Shown: piece after piece, positions 26,754 to 40,950 of the stretch | Layout of the letters: the number at the start of each line of letters is the position of its first letter | How positions within the stretch are numbered: position 1 is the first letter of the stretch | From: Phoronis australis | Taxonomy: Eukaryota > Animalia > Phoronida | Direction: 5' to 3' | Assembly: GCA_002633005.1 (NCBI GenBank) | Contig: NMRA01000093.1 | Span: 634,102-698,101 of the forward strand | DNA length: 64,000 nucleotides | Translations under genes and position numbers: made by a program | Notes under the pieces: model-generated | What the model was told of the DNA's origin: nothing | The model's input: the letters and a program-made list of their open reading frames with translations, nothing else | Databases searched by the model: none

Positions 26754-28222
26754 CTAAAATAAGGAAACAAAATAAATGACTGGCTTCTTAAGGCTACAAT
26801 GCAGACGGTCCATACACACGTCAACTTACAGAAATCCTCATTTTCCAACATGTTTAAATGTCCCTAATAATGATAAGGAGTTCACAATATGGTAGAAGAA
26901 AATGGGTCAAAATTCAATAAAATTTTAATCCATTATTTTGATGAGACTTTTCTTTTCTGTAGAAGTGCGTTCTAAACAAAAGAGTAGCTTTACACAATAA
27001 ACCATTTGTAAGTTTTTCACCTGAGGTGAAGTGGTACAGATTCGTCATAATGCATTACCTGCCATTTAAGGTCTAAAGGCACGCATTTGGAACACCAGTA
27101 CAAGGCCTTACAAACCTGAGGTGGATTACCGTTTGACAGATTAGCACCATGATGTCAAGAGAAGGGTTGCAAAAATCAACTTGGTTTCATCTTATCCAGG
27201 TCTATTAAGTCCATACAATAAGTAATGTCAGGTCTTCCTCAAGCCTAGAATTTATTTACCACTCACTACCCACTAACCCAGTGTCTATATTGACACTGAT
27301 ACAACTTCATATGCGACTTTGAAAATGACTTTTGAACTACTGCCTAAACACTGCGATTGCTCAGCACCTCATTTCAGCTCAAGCCATTTCAGAATACCCC
27401 GACACTCCCAATGTGCACAGCCAAATTTCCGAAGGAGCGGAGGGGGACGCCATGCTTCCTACCAACACGAAAAAATACCACACACTGTTTCTATTGGCTA
27501 CATGGGCAGTATAATTAAAAAATTGTGACTGCCATCTCCCCCTTAGGACACCTTATAGGGACTCAGATGTCATAACTCAATGACCAGAGGAGTTTTGTGA
27601 GCTAACACAGCTCAAGGAGTGAAAGTCACAAAGCACAACTACTGGAGCGGCTTTTCCTAGTTTTAACAGTCGTTTTCCGCAATAGCGCAACATAATGAAA
27701 TGCGCTGTGTCGTTAGATGGCAATATCTGGAGTTCTGTGTTCTTGTATGTGGCTTTAATACAGTGGGATTTCCAAGCATTTCATAAATTCATTGCAACCA
27801 TCCACAAGCCGTCAAATCACCGCTGATCCGGAGGAGTATTCAAACAATTCACGCAAAAATAATTTGAATTGGGTCACGCAAAAGGTGCTTTTGTGCTTTC
27901 ACAATGCTAAAGAGCTGTAGGCAAAGTACATAGAAAAAATGTTTCCATGTCATGATGGCTAATTCAGTTCACAATAACAAATTTTGGTGGCAAAATTCTA
28001 GTTACAGAATGATTACATCAACTTGCTAACTTTCCTGAGAATTCACATTCATTCTTGGTCATAAGGGAAGGCTAATATAATAACTCTGACGATGAACTCA
28101 GCTGCAGCCCAGACGTCTTGGTGAGGAATTCCCGGTGACCTTATACGGATACGTTTGACAAGTACTGCAGCATATTTCACATTACTAATTCACCAAGAAC
28201 ACCAAAGAAGCTGAGCTCGTTT

Positions 28223-28368
28223 CATGGGCGGCGCAGCACTGAAAAAAGTGGGGGCCTAAAGCCCCCTCAGCCCCCTGTGGTGCATCGCCTGTAGACCATG
28301 TGCGGCACAGCACTGAAAAAAGTTGGGGGGCCATAGCCCCCCCAGCCCCCTATGGTGCGCCGCCCATG
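28223..28368. mobile_element. Short dimeric GC-rich MITE
   Basis: Inverted ends CATGGGCGGCGCA / TGCGCCGCCCATG enclosing two direct copies of GCGGCRCAGCACTGAAAAAAGT...GCCCCC. Confidence 0.6.
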
Positions 28369-29858
28369 CATTTTATTGTCTTTAATGTTGTTAATTTAGT
28401 CAGTGAGCAAACACACATCACACAAAATCAGTCACTACTGTATATGCATATATAAGTACCGTCCATACACAGCCTACCCTGAAACAACTTGCACTAGTGC
28501 AACTTACCCCACTTTTAAGAGGAGCGTACACACGCACGCACGCACACACATCAAATAACTGGGGATAAGACAGAAGTCATCGCTCTGCGTGTGACAATGA
28601 ACACCTAATGCGAGAACGGTGTACAAAAGAAAACCCGTCTGTATGTTACCGCAGCTGATAACTACTTCCACCCTACCCCACTTTAATGACCACACAGCAA
28701 TTATAAGTGGCACATTAGTTCCCCCACCTTGATAATGTGGAGCAAGTTGTCACAAGTGCGGTACGTTGTGCTGGTTTAAATAGCATCCAGACAGCACTCA
28801 AACCTAGCAGCAACTCGTTCCAGGAGTAACTTGTTCTGGGGTAAGTCTGTATGTGGACGCCACTTAAGAGGGCCAGGAGTACAACAGGAACTATTCATTA
28901 GAGCTTCCTTATTCTAAGGCAATACATTCAGTAAATTCACTTGGTAAGCATTGGTTAGAACAGGAGCATGACACAGATTTCACTGAAGTACCTTTGGAGA
29001 GATTTATTACGAAGGTAACTCATGGCTGCACACCCATTATCCAGCTGTTTCCACAACTGCTATCTTTCGCACTGTTGTTTAAACTGTCTGTTTACATTTA
29101 ACAAGCTGAGGGTACAAATACACTGATACATTAGCAGTGAAATCCAATAATATGAATACAGAATAAACTCCTGTAACCTCATTTTTATTGGGAATCTTAA
29201 AAATTCAATATTTTGAGACAAAACCTTTTGACCGAATGATTGCAAAACAGTTTTGAAACAATCAAATGATTCAGCCTCAAAAAAACGAATGCAGCCTAAA
29301 CGAGGTTGCAGCGAGAATATTTATGGGAAATATTCCAAATCAATGTCCACTTTCTATGAAATCTAAAGCCCAAGTTTAATTGAGCAGACCGACAGGTTTT
29401 CATTCCAAATCAATCATTGACTGCTTGAAAACTTGAAGAAGATGCTAAATATTACAATGAGATAAATAATTAACTATGAACAGAAAGAGGACCACAATGG
29501 ATTGTGTTCAATAACAATGGGCACTGGCAAGTAAAAATTTGCATTCATGTGCTCTGCTTGAACTGTAGTGCATGACAATATCGGCAATATCTCAGAAATA
29601 AATGATCCAAATCGTGTTCTTGCAAGACATTTCAAAATCCTGTGAGTGAAAGGCGAGTGTTTCGTGAGTATGCTTGGGAGTTTACTAGCCTGTCCTAGCA
29701 AAATGGCGGCCACAGAACTGACAGAAGTTATTGGTCGGCGAGGTGGGAGTGTTCAATTGTGGGATTGAATTCGGGGTTTCTGTTCCATAAGTAAAGATTG
29801 CCACAAGTGCTGCCTTATGTCATTGGAACTACAGCCTTTGTCATTAGAATAGCAATTA

Positions 29859-31210
29859 CTGTATTCGCCCGAATAAGCGCCCAGGGCGCTAAGAAAAATT
29901 AGTTTCAGGGAGTGGGGCACTTATTATAGTCCAAAGATGTTGTAACACGGTCTTCAAAACAGGTGAAATCGTAAGCTAGGATTCATCAAATTTATGCTCT
30001 GTGACGCATCTGTAACCTAAGACGGACTTTCTACAAAATTTCGGTGCATTGCTATCAAACTTTGTTGTTAAATTTTGATCATTTTTCAGAAAATCGTGCT
30101 GAAATCCCAGGGCGCTAACTCGCCGACTGATGCGCCGCTGCCTCGCAATCGCCGATAGGTCAACTTGAATTCTTGAATAACAATATAGTTTTAACTCAAC
30201 AAATTACGTAAAGTCTTTCTTAACTTTCAAAATAGCTTCCCTAAGACTTTTAAGTTCCTGTGGAGGTGGGATTAAGTCCAAGTCTGCGCTAGATCGTACC
30301 CCGCAACACAAGAAAAATCTCTGGACAAACACGTTGTTGTCATGTGACATTGGTTTTGAAGTTCGTCTGTGTGTGTGAGTGAGCGAGCGCGTCGGGTCAT
30401 CAGAGTTCATTTGCCAGCCAAAGTAAATCCGATATAACGATCTAGGTGTCCACTGTAACTAAAGAAATAAACACAAGCCGTAAAGCAGAACATGTTTTGT
30501 TTAACACATGTTGCTCTCATCTGCTAAAAAACATTCGAGAATTGTCTCGGTAAGGTCGATATTAAAGGTCATTGAGTCGCTGGGTGACTAGATGCGTAAC
30601 AGTCCAACAGTTATTTTCCGGGAGATTCAGGGGTGTAAGGGTAAGGAAGTGTTCACTATCAGCACAAATTTATTTCTTGCCAATGCTATGCTACCCGGTT
30701 CATGAATAGATAGTTCCCAAAGACTAATGTCTTCGATGCCAGGTACTTGCATGTAGCGCGTGCTTTCTGGCCACGTGCTTTAAACCGTTCAAGGTTTTAT
30801 TAGTCTTCGATTCGCGGTTTTCACATGTACAAAGAAATTTGGATTCCTGTAGAGGGAGAAGATCTGACGTGAAAGATACAATACAATCCCTTATGCTGCG
30901 TCTGTTCTAAAAGGCCAGACCCTAATGGGACACGTTCCTCGCAAAATCAGCAAAACTTCTGCATTCTTTTTGAAGCACGGTAGAAGTTTGAAGCGTATAG
31001 TCACGTCTACATACCGACATAGCGGCGAGGTTCGTGGTCAACAAATTCCGTGCACAATGATTTTTTAGGACTATCAGATCTTAATGATAAATTGAAGACA
31101 TTACTGTAGAATTTTAGAACTGTAGGTAAGGCTGGGCGCTTATTTTAGCAAAGTCTGAAAACGTGTGGGGGAGCTTATATGGGCATGGGCGCTTATTACG
31201 GCGAATACGG
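29859..31210. mobile_element. Tc1/mariner (pogo-like) non-autonomous element, ~1.35 kb, TA TSD
   Basis: TA|CTGTATTCGCCCGAATAAGCGCCCA ... TGGGCGCTTATTACGGCGAATACGG|TA; TIRs of about 25 bp, extra GGGCGCT subterminal motifs. Confidence 0.85.
30795..31109 (+). pseudogene. Decayed HIRAN-domain gene inside the TIR element
   Basis: Manual translation: FY*SSIRGFHMYKEIWIPVEGEDLT*...[frameshift]YAASVLKGQTLMGHVPRKISKTSAFFLKHGRSLKRIVT...GQQIPCTMIF*; fits the HIRAN-like pattern IRGxHxY..W.P..GE.L...YAV.V....GHVPR.IS....FL..G...VT...IPC. Confidence 0.8.
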
Positions 31211-32089
31211 TAATAAAAAACAAGCTGCATTTAGAAAGCCTCAAACTCAGAAAATTGAAATTGAATATCTAAAAATCTCTTATAAAATTTTTACATCATG
31301 CGAACAAGATTTCAGAGATGAAACCTTGATACTGGAAATAAGTTGCAGGTTTTCATCTTCCTCATTCACTGACAAATAGTTCAAGTATACTATATACTAG
31401 CTCAGTCAAGCATATTTTTCCCCCAACAACAAAACTGTGTCAAACCTAAAGCGTGGGAAATAACTGCAGCTTCATCTGAAACAGCAAGAACTAGTTTCCT
31501 TAAGTCACCTGAACTACAGCAAACTACAGCAAACTACAGCAAACTACAGACCTCAGGTTATGTAAGGCAAGGGGACTCGGTGTGGTTTTTACCCAACAAT
31601 CGAAAAACAGAATTTATTATTTTTAAAAAACACCAGCTACCACATGAAAAGAGCCGTGCTATTTGTCTGTACTATTAAGTACAAACACTGTGGCCTGTTA
31701 ATTATACGCATTCTACTTGAGTCCTATATTCATGACTGGGTCATAAAAACGTCACATTCAAACTGTGTGGGGCAGCTGATTCACAGGAAAATGGGAAGGA
31801 TAGCCAAGCATACCAATCCCTTTCAAACTCTCAGCAAAATAATTTGCATGTGTAGCAATTTTGTAAAATTTCATTAACTTTTCAATTATAATGCGTCCAC
31901 ATATAAATATGTAGGTGCATAAAAAGTGTTATTCACTCGTGGTACTTCTAATGCTTTCGTATGAAACAAGAATTTTTTGATTTTGAAATTATTCTATTCA
32001 GACATCCATTCTCCAGATGGCATGTGAAGCAAGAATTTGAAATTTACGTATTCACTAACAGAACCCCACACAGCCCCAACTCAATAATG

Positions 32090-33265
32090 ACAAGACTAAC
32101 ACGGAGCATTGAAATGCGCCCACGATTGCAATGCAAATGTTGTGCTCATAGTATCATAAAAATGGCCAGGCGCAGAATACGTCAAACCCGTCCAAAATTG
32201 GGAAAGCATAGTCGTCTCTCTATTACAAAACTATATGTCAACTTTCACGAAAATCCACCAAGGAACTCCAAAAATAAAGAGGCAGACATAAAAAACACAA
32301 ATTGCCTTTAGAAGGCATGTGCAGTGGTAGTCGAATCATCTGTTGTCAAGTGAATCGGAATAGAATAGACTTGACAAATTGTGATCTTGCAAGGGGTTTA
32401 ATACATAAGTGCAGATACGAAAATAATGTTACTAGGGGGCACCACAGTAATTGGACCCATATAAAAATCCACACCAGTCATGCTCATGTCTGCAGGAACA
32501 CACCTGCCCCAATTTTCATAACGATTCTCGGAGCGTTTTCGCCGATACAAAAGCAGACTCAAAAATAATTGTCGTGGCCATTAGGTGGCGTAGAATACGT
32601 CAAGTCCATCACAAATTGGAGAGATGCCGTCATCTTCACCATAGAAAATTGTTCGCAAAGTTCAAGAAAAAACATCGTAACCACTAGGGGATGTCCCTGG
32701 TGTCACATCCATCCAAAAATGTCAGCCATGATCTTCTCATCAGGAACACAACTGCTATGATTCCTAACGATCCTTCGGGCAGTTTGGCAGACACTAAATA
32801 ACAAATTCAAAGTCATAAAAATGGCTGCTAGGTGATGCATAAGCTGAATCTGTTGGAAAATGGAAAGACATAGTTGTCGCCTTAATAGAAGCCTATTTGC
32901 CAAATTTCAGAAAAAGCTATCAATGAACTCCACCAGGTGGTGCAGAATATGTCAAATCTGTCTGAAAACGGGAAGGCGTCATTGTCTCTTTGATAGAAAC
33001 TTATCTGCTAAATTTCATGAAAATCCATCAAGGAACTCAAAAGATAGAGGCAAACGTAAAAAACTAAAATTGCCACTTGGGATAGTCGAATCCATCCGAA
33101 ATTCGTTTTCGTCTGTCATCAGCTTGATAGGAACACATCGCCAGGACACCGTGGGACGCCAGGACATGAGATGCCTGGACACGGGACGCCTGGACGACTG
33201 ACACCGGATGTCCAGACAGAGATGACGGCAATATGCACCCACATAAAAACATGTGGGCGCAAAAA
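32090..33265. mobile_element. Second copy of the Helentron/DINE-1-like family
   Basis: Same start (ACAAG...GAGCATTGAAATGCGCC), same subunits, same end (CAGACAGAGATGACGGCAATATGCACCCACAT...ATGTGGGCGCAAAAAA). An isolated copy of the terminal hairpin lies at 31891-31925. Confidence 0.65.
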
Positions 33266-35899
33266 ATTGAATGTTGTGCAAAAATTGTTTAAAAAGTAAA
33301 ATATAAAAAGCTCAAAGCCCAAAACAGCTAAGCTCAAAGAAAGTCAGTATCGAGATAAAGCAAAGGACAGACTGAACAATAACACATCCCATTGAAGTCA
33401 CAAAAAGGTCAAACAATACAACAAAGGGCCACAATGTCATAGGTAATACCAAAGCAATTCTTAACTGGTGCCTACATTTTTGAAGCCATGTAGCATGATT
33501 ATGTGCCCCCAGTCACTTGCAGGGGGTCCTGTATTTTGAGAACCAGTTTGATGCCCGTTATTCAGTGGGGGAAACAGGTTCCAACTGAGCTATGAGTTCA
33601 GCTCAGCGGCATACCCACTGAAAGTAAGCTGAGCACATACTTCATGTCAAGACATGAACAAATGCCCTTTTGCAAAATTAGAAGCAAGGTCAAAATGGTG
33701 GATTCTTGTCCCAATTCCCACGTCGCCATGGTGCTAACCTGGTCATCATGCTGGGTAGAGTTCACAAGCTGTCTCACGGTGGGAAAAATCCAAACAAAAT
33801 CATGTGTTCTTACACGGCAATATTTCACAGAATTTCGCAAGATCTACCTATTCTAGCGAGGTACTAGTACATGTTATTGAACTCAAACTTTTCCACACGC
33901 AGGCTATAGACATTATGTACGCTAACAGTACATGATGGCAATTTTGTTTCATTATTCTGCCGAGTACGAATGGACAACTCAATAATCTTTTATCTAGCTC
34001 ATCTACTTGCTGTCGTATTTTCATGTTGCAAGCTATGTGCTAGCTTAAACCTTTCACATGAGGCAGCAGGCAAAGTTTATAGCCCACTACTATTGAGCCT
34101 CAGTCTGACCAGACAGGACCTCCTTTAAGGTCAAGGTGTTCATAATTAAGGTTTCATTGTTATCACTATCATTTTGTTCCCACTGTGTGTACTGTGGTTT
34201 ATATTTAAGAAACTATTTTAGCATAATACCCTGTTCACACTTAGTAAGCCTCTTTAACCTTTAACGTTTAAAGGTATTATTTGGTCGGAACACTTTAAAA
34301 CCAGTTTTAACTGCAGCACAATTATAACCCACTTATGCCATGAAAATACTCTCAAACTGTTCCTACTCCAAATGGAGGTGATTCCAAAACTTCCAGAGAA
34401 TAGACAGTTGGTTATTTCTTGAAAGGAATCCAACAGGTAACACAGAGAATGCAACAGGTAACAAAGAGAATCCAACAGAGAATGCAAAGTTCACAGCTTG
34501 GTATGAGCAAATAATGAACTACCAGTTCTTCCCCAACCCAGGCATGAGACACATGTGAGTGGCCTAAATCAAAACTTGTCTTTAGACAGAAAGCAGGGTA
34601 TAAAGTCGCTTTAAATATGCAACACCTTGACAAATATTAAAACATAATCAACTCAACCGCCACACATACGTTATTTAAGTAACCCATTTATTCAAAAAGT
34701 TCCACAATTATGGGCACGGTAAAATCTCACCAATTTCAAACAAACATAATTCCCAAAATAACCCTTTTTTGTTTTTCAAGGTCTTCCAAAGTTGTTGCTA
34801 ATGCTGACAGTTTTTCAAAATATTTTCTGATGGTAGCTGTGGTGTGGTAAAGCAATAATTTGATGCAACATAATATTCCGGTATCTTCCATGAAAAAATG
34901 AGAAAACAAAATTTCACCAGTCCACCATATTGTGTCATAGATTGGTGTGATTTTATCGAATCCATGACTGTAGGGAACTTGCAGACTGTTCTAGGTGGCC
35001 TGTTTGGATACAGTATATTACAATAACAATAACCCACATTTCTCTTAATATTGTTTGGACAAGCATACCAGTATTGTTCACACTGAACAATGATTGATAT
35101 AGAGTATTTCCCTGAAAGAAAATGATTTGCTAGTGGTTACCTCAAAACAAATTTAAGCAATGACTTAATATATTTCAAATCAAAGGTACAAAGTCAAGTG
35201 GGGCTATTGATGAGTCCAACTCCAGTGCTTGGCAGGAGCCAGAAATTTGTTAAATCAACTCCCCCATGTGAAATTATATTTTATAATCCAGAAAAACAGG
35301 ATTTTGAGACACAGGCAATGGTGGAAAACATCTGTCAATGAATATGATTCTAGATACATGCAGTTGTACTTCTATAGTGGTCATAAGTCAGTCTTTCTAT
35401 TACACCATCAAATGTCAATTTTTTTAACTTTGTTCTCATTGTTGACTGACTACTAAGAGAACTAGGAGGAATACTGGACCAAACAATCATTAGGGTCCAA
35501 GTATTTCCAGGGCACTTGTTGCTCCAAGTATATTACCACCCCCAACACATCAGCTGTGTATTCTGTGGTTCACATCAGTATCTTGCAGACTGGAATGTGC
35601 ACTCAAGGCTCAGATTTCACTGACTAGTAGAGTTATGCAAAGGAGCTAACCAGGACCAAAATAACTCCCAAGAGCACAGCTAATATTTCCAATAGTGCTC
35701 AGGCTAACATCAGGGCTCAGAATAGCATCATGCAGTTGCTCTTGGAGTTGCTACTGAGGCATACAAAAAACAATACCATATTCATTCAATTACGTTTCAA
35801 CAGAAATACTGCAAAATGAAAATTCTGCAATGAAAACATTCAAGTTTTTGACACCTTTCTTGTTATCAAAATGCCGGCAAATTTTTACCGATGTGTAGT

Positions 35900-37743
35900 G
35901 GGATATAATATAATGTACTATTGGTTTAGGAAAAAAAGCACAACTTGAAATATCTGTAGATGAAGGGCATCATGTGCTATACATTTTCGAAGGCGAAGAA
36001 GAATACATGAGTGCATTTTCAGTGACTGCGACTGATAAAGAGGGAGAATTTCGAATAGCAGATATCAACAGGCTAAAATAAATTAGTGAACTTAACCTAA
36101 TAAAAATGGAAGGGGTTGACCGTGGATTGCATTCCTTTGGTTTTAGATTAATAAACCATTGAGTAGGAGTGTATTTCTGTCCACCGAATCCGAGTGTGGA
36201 ACAAGCGGAAACCACTTTCTAGAGAGCATCATTCAACACCACAAGACTATCACCCAGCAGCCCTTGTCCCAGAATGAATAGAAACCAGGACTGGGCAGGT
36301 ACAAAAATGGGTGCTTAGATTTTCAATAGATTACATAATATTCAGTTCTACAAAAGAACAAAGACTGCTAAACCATGAATAAATATACAAGGCACCAACT
36401 ATGCAGATCTTCATTATATGCTTTTATGTTTATTTTCATAATTTCTTCATGTGATATTGGTTACCTGTTAAAATGTTTTCTTCATACTTAGTAACTAGGG
36501 ACTGTCAACCAATAACCAAGGTACCTAAACTACACGGTTAACGGACTCATAAACACGGTCACGGACGCATGAAAACGACTCACGGACCTGCAAATACCGT
36601 CCACTGACTTACAAACACAGGAACGGACTCACAAAACACGATCCATTCACCCAAATACACGGGACACGGACTCACATTCACGAAGAAACACGGTTAACGG
36701 ACCGCCAAACACGGTTTACGGACGAAATGTANNNNNNNNNNNNNNNNNNNNNNNNNNNNNNNNNNNNNNNNNNNNNNNNNNNNNNNNNNNNNNNNNNNNN
36801 NNNNNNNNNNNNNNNNNNNNNNNNNNNNNNNNNNNNNNNNNNNNNNNNNNNNNNNNNNNNNNNNNNNNNNNNNNNNNNNNNNNNNNNNNGGGATATAATA
36901 TAATGTACTATTGGTTTAGGAAAAAAAGCACAACTTGAAATATCTGTAGATGAAGGGCATCATGTGCTATACATTTTCGAAGGCGGAGAAAAATACATGA
37001 GTGCATTTTCAGTGACTGCGACTGATAAAGAGGGAGAATTTTGAATAGCAGATATCAACAGGCTAAAATAAATTAGTGAACTTAACCTAATAAAAATGGA
37101 AGGGGTTGACCGTGGATTGCATTCCTATGGCTTTAGATTAATAAACCATTGAGTAGGAGTGTATTTCTGTCCACCGAATCCGAGTGTGGAACAAGCGGAA
37201 ACCACTTTCTAGAGAGCATCATTCACAAGACTATCACCCAGCATCATTCAACACCACAAGACTATCACCCAGCAGCCCTTGTCCCAGAATGAATAGAAAC
37301 CAGGACTGGGCAGGTACAAGAATGGTTGCTTAGATTTTCAATAGATTACATAATATTCAGTTCTTCAAAAGAACAAAGACTGCTAAACCATGTATAAATA
37401 TACAAAGCACCAACTATGCAGATCTTCATTATATGCTTTTATGTTTATTTTCATAATTTCTTCATGGGATATTGGTTACCTGTTAAAATGCTTTCTTCAT
37501 ACTTAGTAACTAGGGACTGTCAACCAATAACCAAGGTACCTAAACAACAGGTTAAGGACTCATACACACGGTCACGGACGCATGAACATGACTCACGGAC
37601 CTGCAAACACGGTCCACTGACTCACAAACACAGGATCGGACTCACAAAACACGATCCATTCACCCAAATGCACGGGACACAGACTCACATTCACGAAGAA
37701 ACACGGTTAACGGACCACCAAACACAGTTTACGGATGAAATGT
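35900..37743. other. ~0.84 kb direct duplication across an N gap (36732-36889), probably uncollapsed alleles
   Basis: 35900-36731 and 36890-37743 are near-identical; both copies abut the gap. Confidence 0.85.
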
Positions 37744-40668
37744 AGATGTCAGCTGACCCAGGAAGCCGATGAGTCTGTGACCAGAAAAAGTTGTTTCACT
37801 GGGATCTATCAAATTTTTGTATTAAAAACTGCTCAAAAACTATATCTGGGATTTTTCGTAACTAGCGCCGATGTTTTTAAATGCAAAATATGTTCAGTAT
37901 TGGGCACTTTTCATATAATACCACTCTTGATTTTAAATTAAGCGCAGCATAGGATGTCATTTGGGGATAATCAGCAACACGTCAAAATATTTGTGGAAAC
38001 GTTGTACATTATGAAGGTTAACTAAGAGCGCTAATTTACTTCGGAATAAACAAGTGGATTTAACAGCAAAGGGTAACTTCAGTGTCATCGGATTTATCAG
38101 CAGGTGTAATGTATTTTGTTCAAATATACACTATACTATCACTGCAAAAAACACTTTAATTTTGAAAAAATGCATCCGGAAACATTGTCAGATGACCACC
38201 TTGTGATAACTTCGATGCGCCCCCCCNNNNNNNNNNNNNNNACTTTGATAGTACACTAATTATGGAAGCCAGTTGGAAAGGTTCAACATACTCAACAGCT
38301 TACATAAGAACTCCTCAAGTATTGATGTGTGATTGGTTTAAAACAGCCTTAGGGGTACAGAATGTGTTACCCACCTTAACAGCCTTAAGGGCCTTTAAAT
38401 GGGCAACACATTTTATACCATAGGGTAAATTTCCACCATTTCAAAAGTGTTATGTAAACAATACACTGGGGCAAGGATATGCTACTCCTCCCTCTCTGTG
38501 ACAATACAGGCACATAACCCAACCTTCTGCTTAAGTCACATTAACTTAGGATCACCTGTAAAGACTTTCAAGATGCCAAAATAATCAAATCTATTGTATG
38601 TGTGAATTTCAATCATTTCCTTCAGTTCCAAACAATGTCAAATGATGGCCATTGAGAAGGGTAAGATTAGTTTTAAGACAGATAATAAATTAGTTACATA
38701 CCTACCTGTACAGTGCTAATGCATTGGATAACCAGACTATTGGGTTTGTTTTTTTAACTTTAGAGCCTTTCTCTTCACAAGCTGAGCTTGGGTGAGGTCT
38801 GCCCACAGACCTGTGTTCATTCCCTAAATGTCCATAAAAGACACCCACACTAAGTTTGGTATGTAACTGAGGTGCACAGGAACTTAACACAGAGAAGGCA
38901 CACCTTGATAAGGCCATACCCAGCTGAAGAGATAAAGAATACAAAAGGACAACAGATGTAGAAAGAACTAGAAACCTTACATAACGGCATTCCTCTCACA
39001 AAATGTGATTTGAATTATCTGGGACCTGTTGAAATCTGATGAACTTCGAAACATTATATCTCAGAATTGGCCGACTTATTTCAAATGAAACTTTCAGGTA
39101 ATGGGCCTAATACACTGTTCTCCGATGGAAGGCTGTCAGCTTGTTTGTGGATTGATCCTGACCACTTTCACAGGAACGGCTAACAAAACTTTGAACTTTT
39201 AAAAATTTTCAGGAAAAACTCAAAAGCTGCATAAAACAAAAACAAATGGACAATTAGAAAACTGTATTAAAGTTTCTCAGATTTCATCTTGAATATTTTT
39301 CTTAGTAATGAATATGCCTTTCTATATCAATACATGTTATTAAAAGACATGTTCACCTGACATTTTTAATGGTATACTCTAAAGCAATAATTATATACTT
39401 TTACCACTTTAAATTCTATAGTTTGCAAGATATTTGACAAAATGCATAAACATGTTCATAAGATCCCACGTAACCTTAAAGTTCTTAAACCCTTCTGAGT
39501 GGCACTCTCCTCCCTTGCACACATCAACTACTAAGTCCCCCTCCCTCAAATAGTTATGTAATCAGTGAGGACTTAAAAAATAGACAGTATGTGTGTCACA
39601 CCCATGTTCATAAATGACTCTTGAGTGAACATACAAGTAAAAATTTGAGGCATATGCCGAGCACAGGTGTGTAACCACAAACAGGAAATTTCAGAAGGAA
39701 AATCAATAACCGAAAACTAATGTTGTTTTCACATAATGGAAACTCCGATTTTATCAAAACTACATCGAATCTACTGATTCTTCTCCCATAGTAACATCCA
39801 AAATGAGCAAAAAGTTTATTCACTGAATTGAATTTAAAAAACAATAAGTTGGATTATAGCTTTTAAAGTACAACTTGCAAGCTAATTCCTTAATCTATGT
39901 GACTGCTTGATCAAATTAGTTAGAAACAAAACATATAGCCATGATGTGAATATGAAGTACCTTGAAAATTGCCAAATGTTTTAAGAACGAGTTTCGTGTT
40001 GAAAATGATCCGTCGTAACTCACTAAACCATGTCCAGTAAGTATTGTGACGAGGTGTAGGGGAATAACACTGCATGATGCGGGCTATGTGAGCCCCCAAG
40101 GTAAGTTATTAGTGCAAAGGTCACCTATTTGCAGATTTTTTTCCCACTTACAAGCTGTCAATGAACACAACTGCACTAATGTCTAGTGTAGATGATGTTC
40201 AAATAGCATTGTCGTTTAGTTCCTGCTATACATTAGCATAGTTAGGAGCAAGCAAAGACATCTTTAAATAAATCAACGGAAGTTGTGATGACAGCGAAGC
40301 TTTCACACTGCCACAAACTCCTCAAGCTACGTTCACACCACATTGGGAAAACAACATTTGACATAAAAAAATATCTTTAGAAACATTTTACTATGTTTTT
40401 CATCATGAAATTGCAATGCAATTGGCATTTCAGACAGTTGCTTTTGAAGCATTTTGTAAAACATAGTTAAAACCCGATGTATGATACAAATGTGCCAAAC
40501 TATAAACCCGACCTATTAATCTTCAGGGATGGGCGTAATTTGAAATCTGCAATGATACACATAGCATATAAATTTGATGCCAATATTACTTGGAAATGGA
40601 CACCAAAACCAAAAGATGTTGGAACAACAAACACTTCTTGTGTTTTTATATGTCCTCAAATTGATGGC

Positions 40669-40950
40669 TATACACATGATATACACACTGATATACACAC
40701 CGATATACACACATGATATACATACTGATACACATACTGATATACACACTGATATACACATGATATACACTGATATACACACTGATATACACATGATATA
40801 CACTGATATACACACTGATATACACATGATATACACTGATATACACACTGATATACACATGATATACATGTACTGCTATACACATGATATACACACTGAT
40901 ATACACACTGATATACACACTGAAATACACACTGATATACACACTGATAT
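40669..40950. repeat. 10-12 bp variant tandem repeat
   Basis: GATATACACACT / GATATACACAT / GATATACACT variants; source of the spurious ORFs at 40477-41038. Confidence 0.93.

Noticed and set aside
28508-28713. Alternative ferlin first exon (minus-strand gtaagt donor at 28507)
   Set aside because: The ATG frame ends in phase 2 whereas exon 2 needs phase 1, and the peptide has no C2 similarity.
38706-38923. Minus-strand exon-like segment in ferlin intron 1 (good acceptor and donor)
   Set aside because: 218 bp, frame-breaking with an early stop, no ferlin similarity; exons 1 and 2 already join perfectly. A poison exon cannot be excluded without RNA data.
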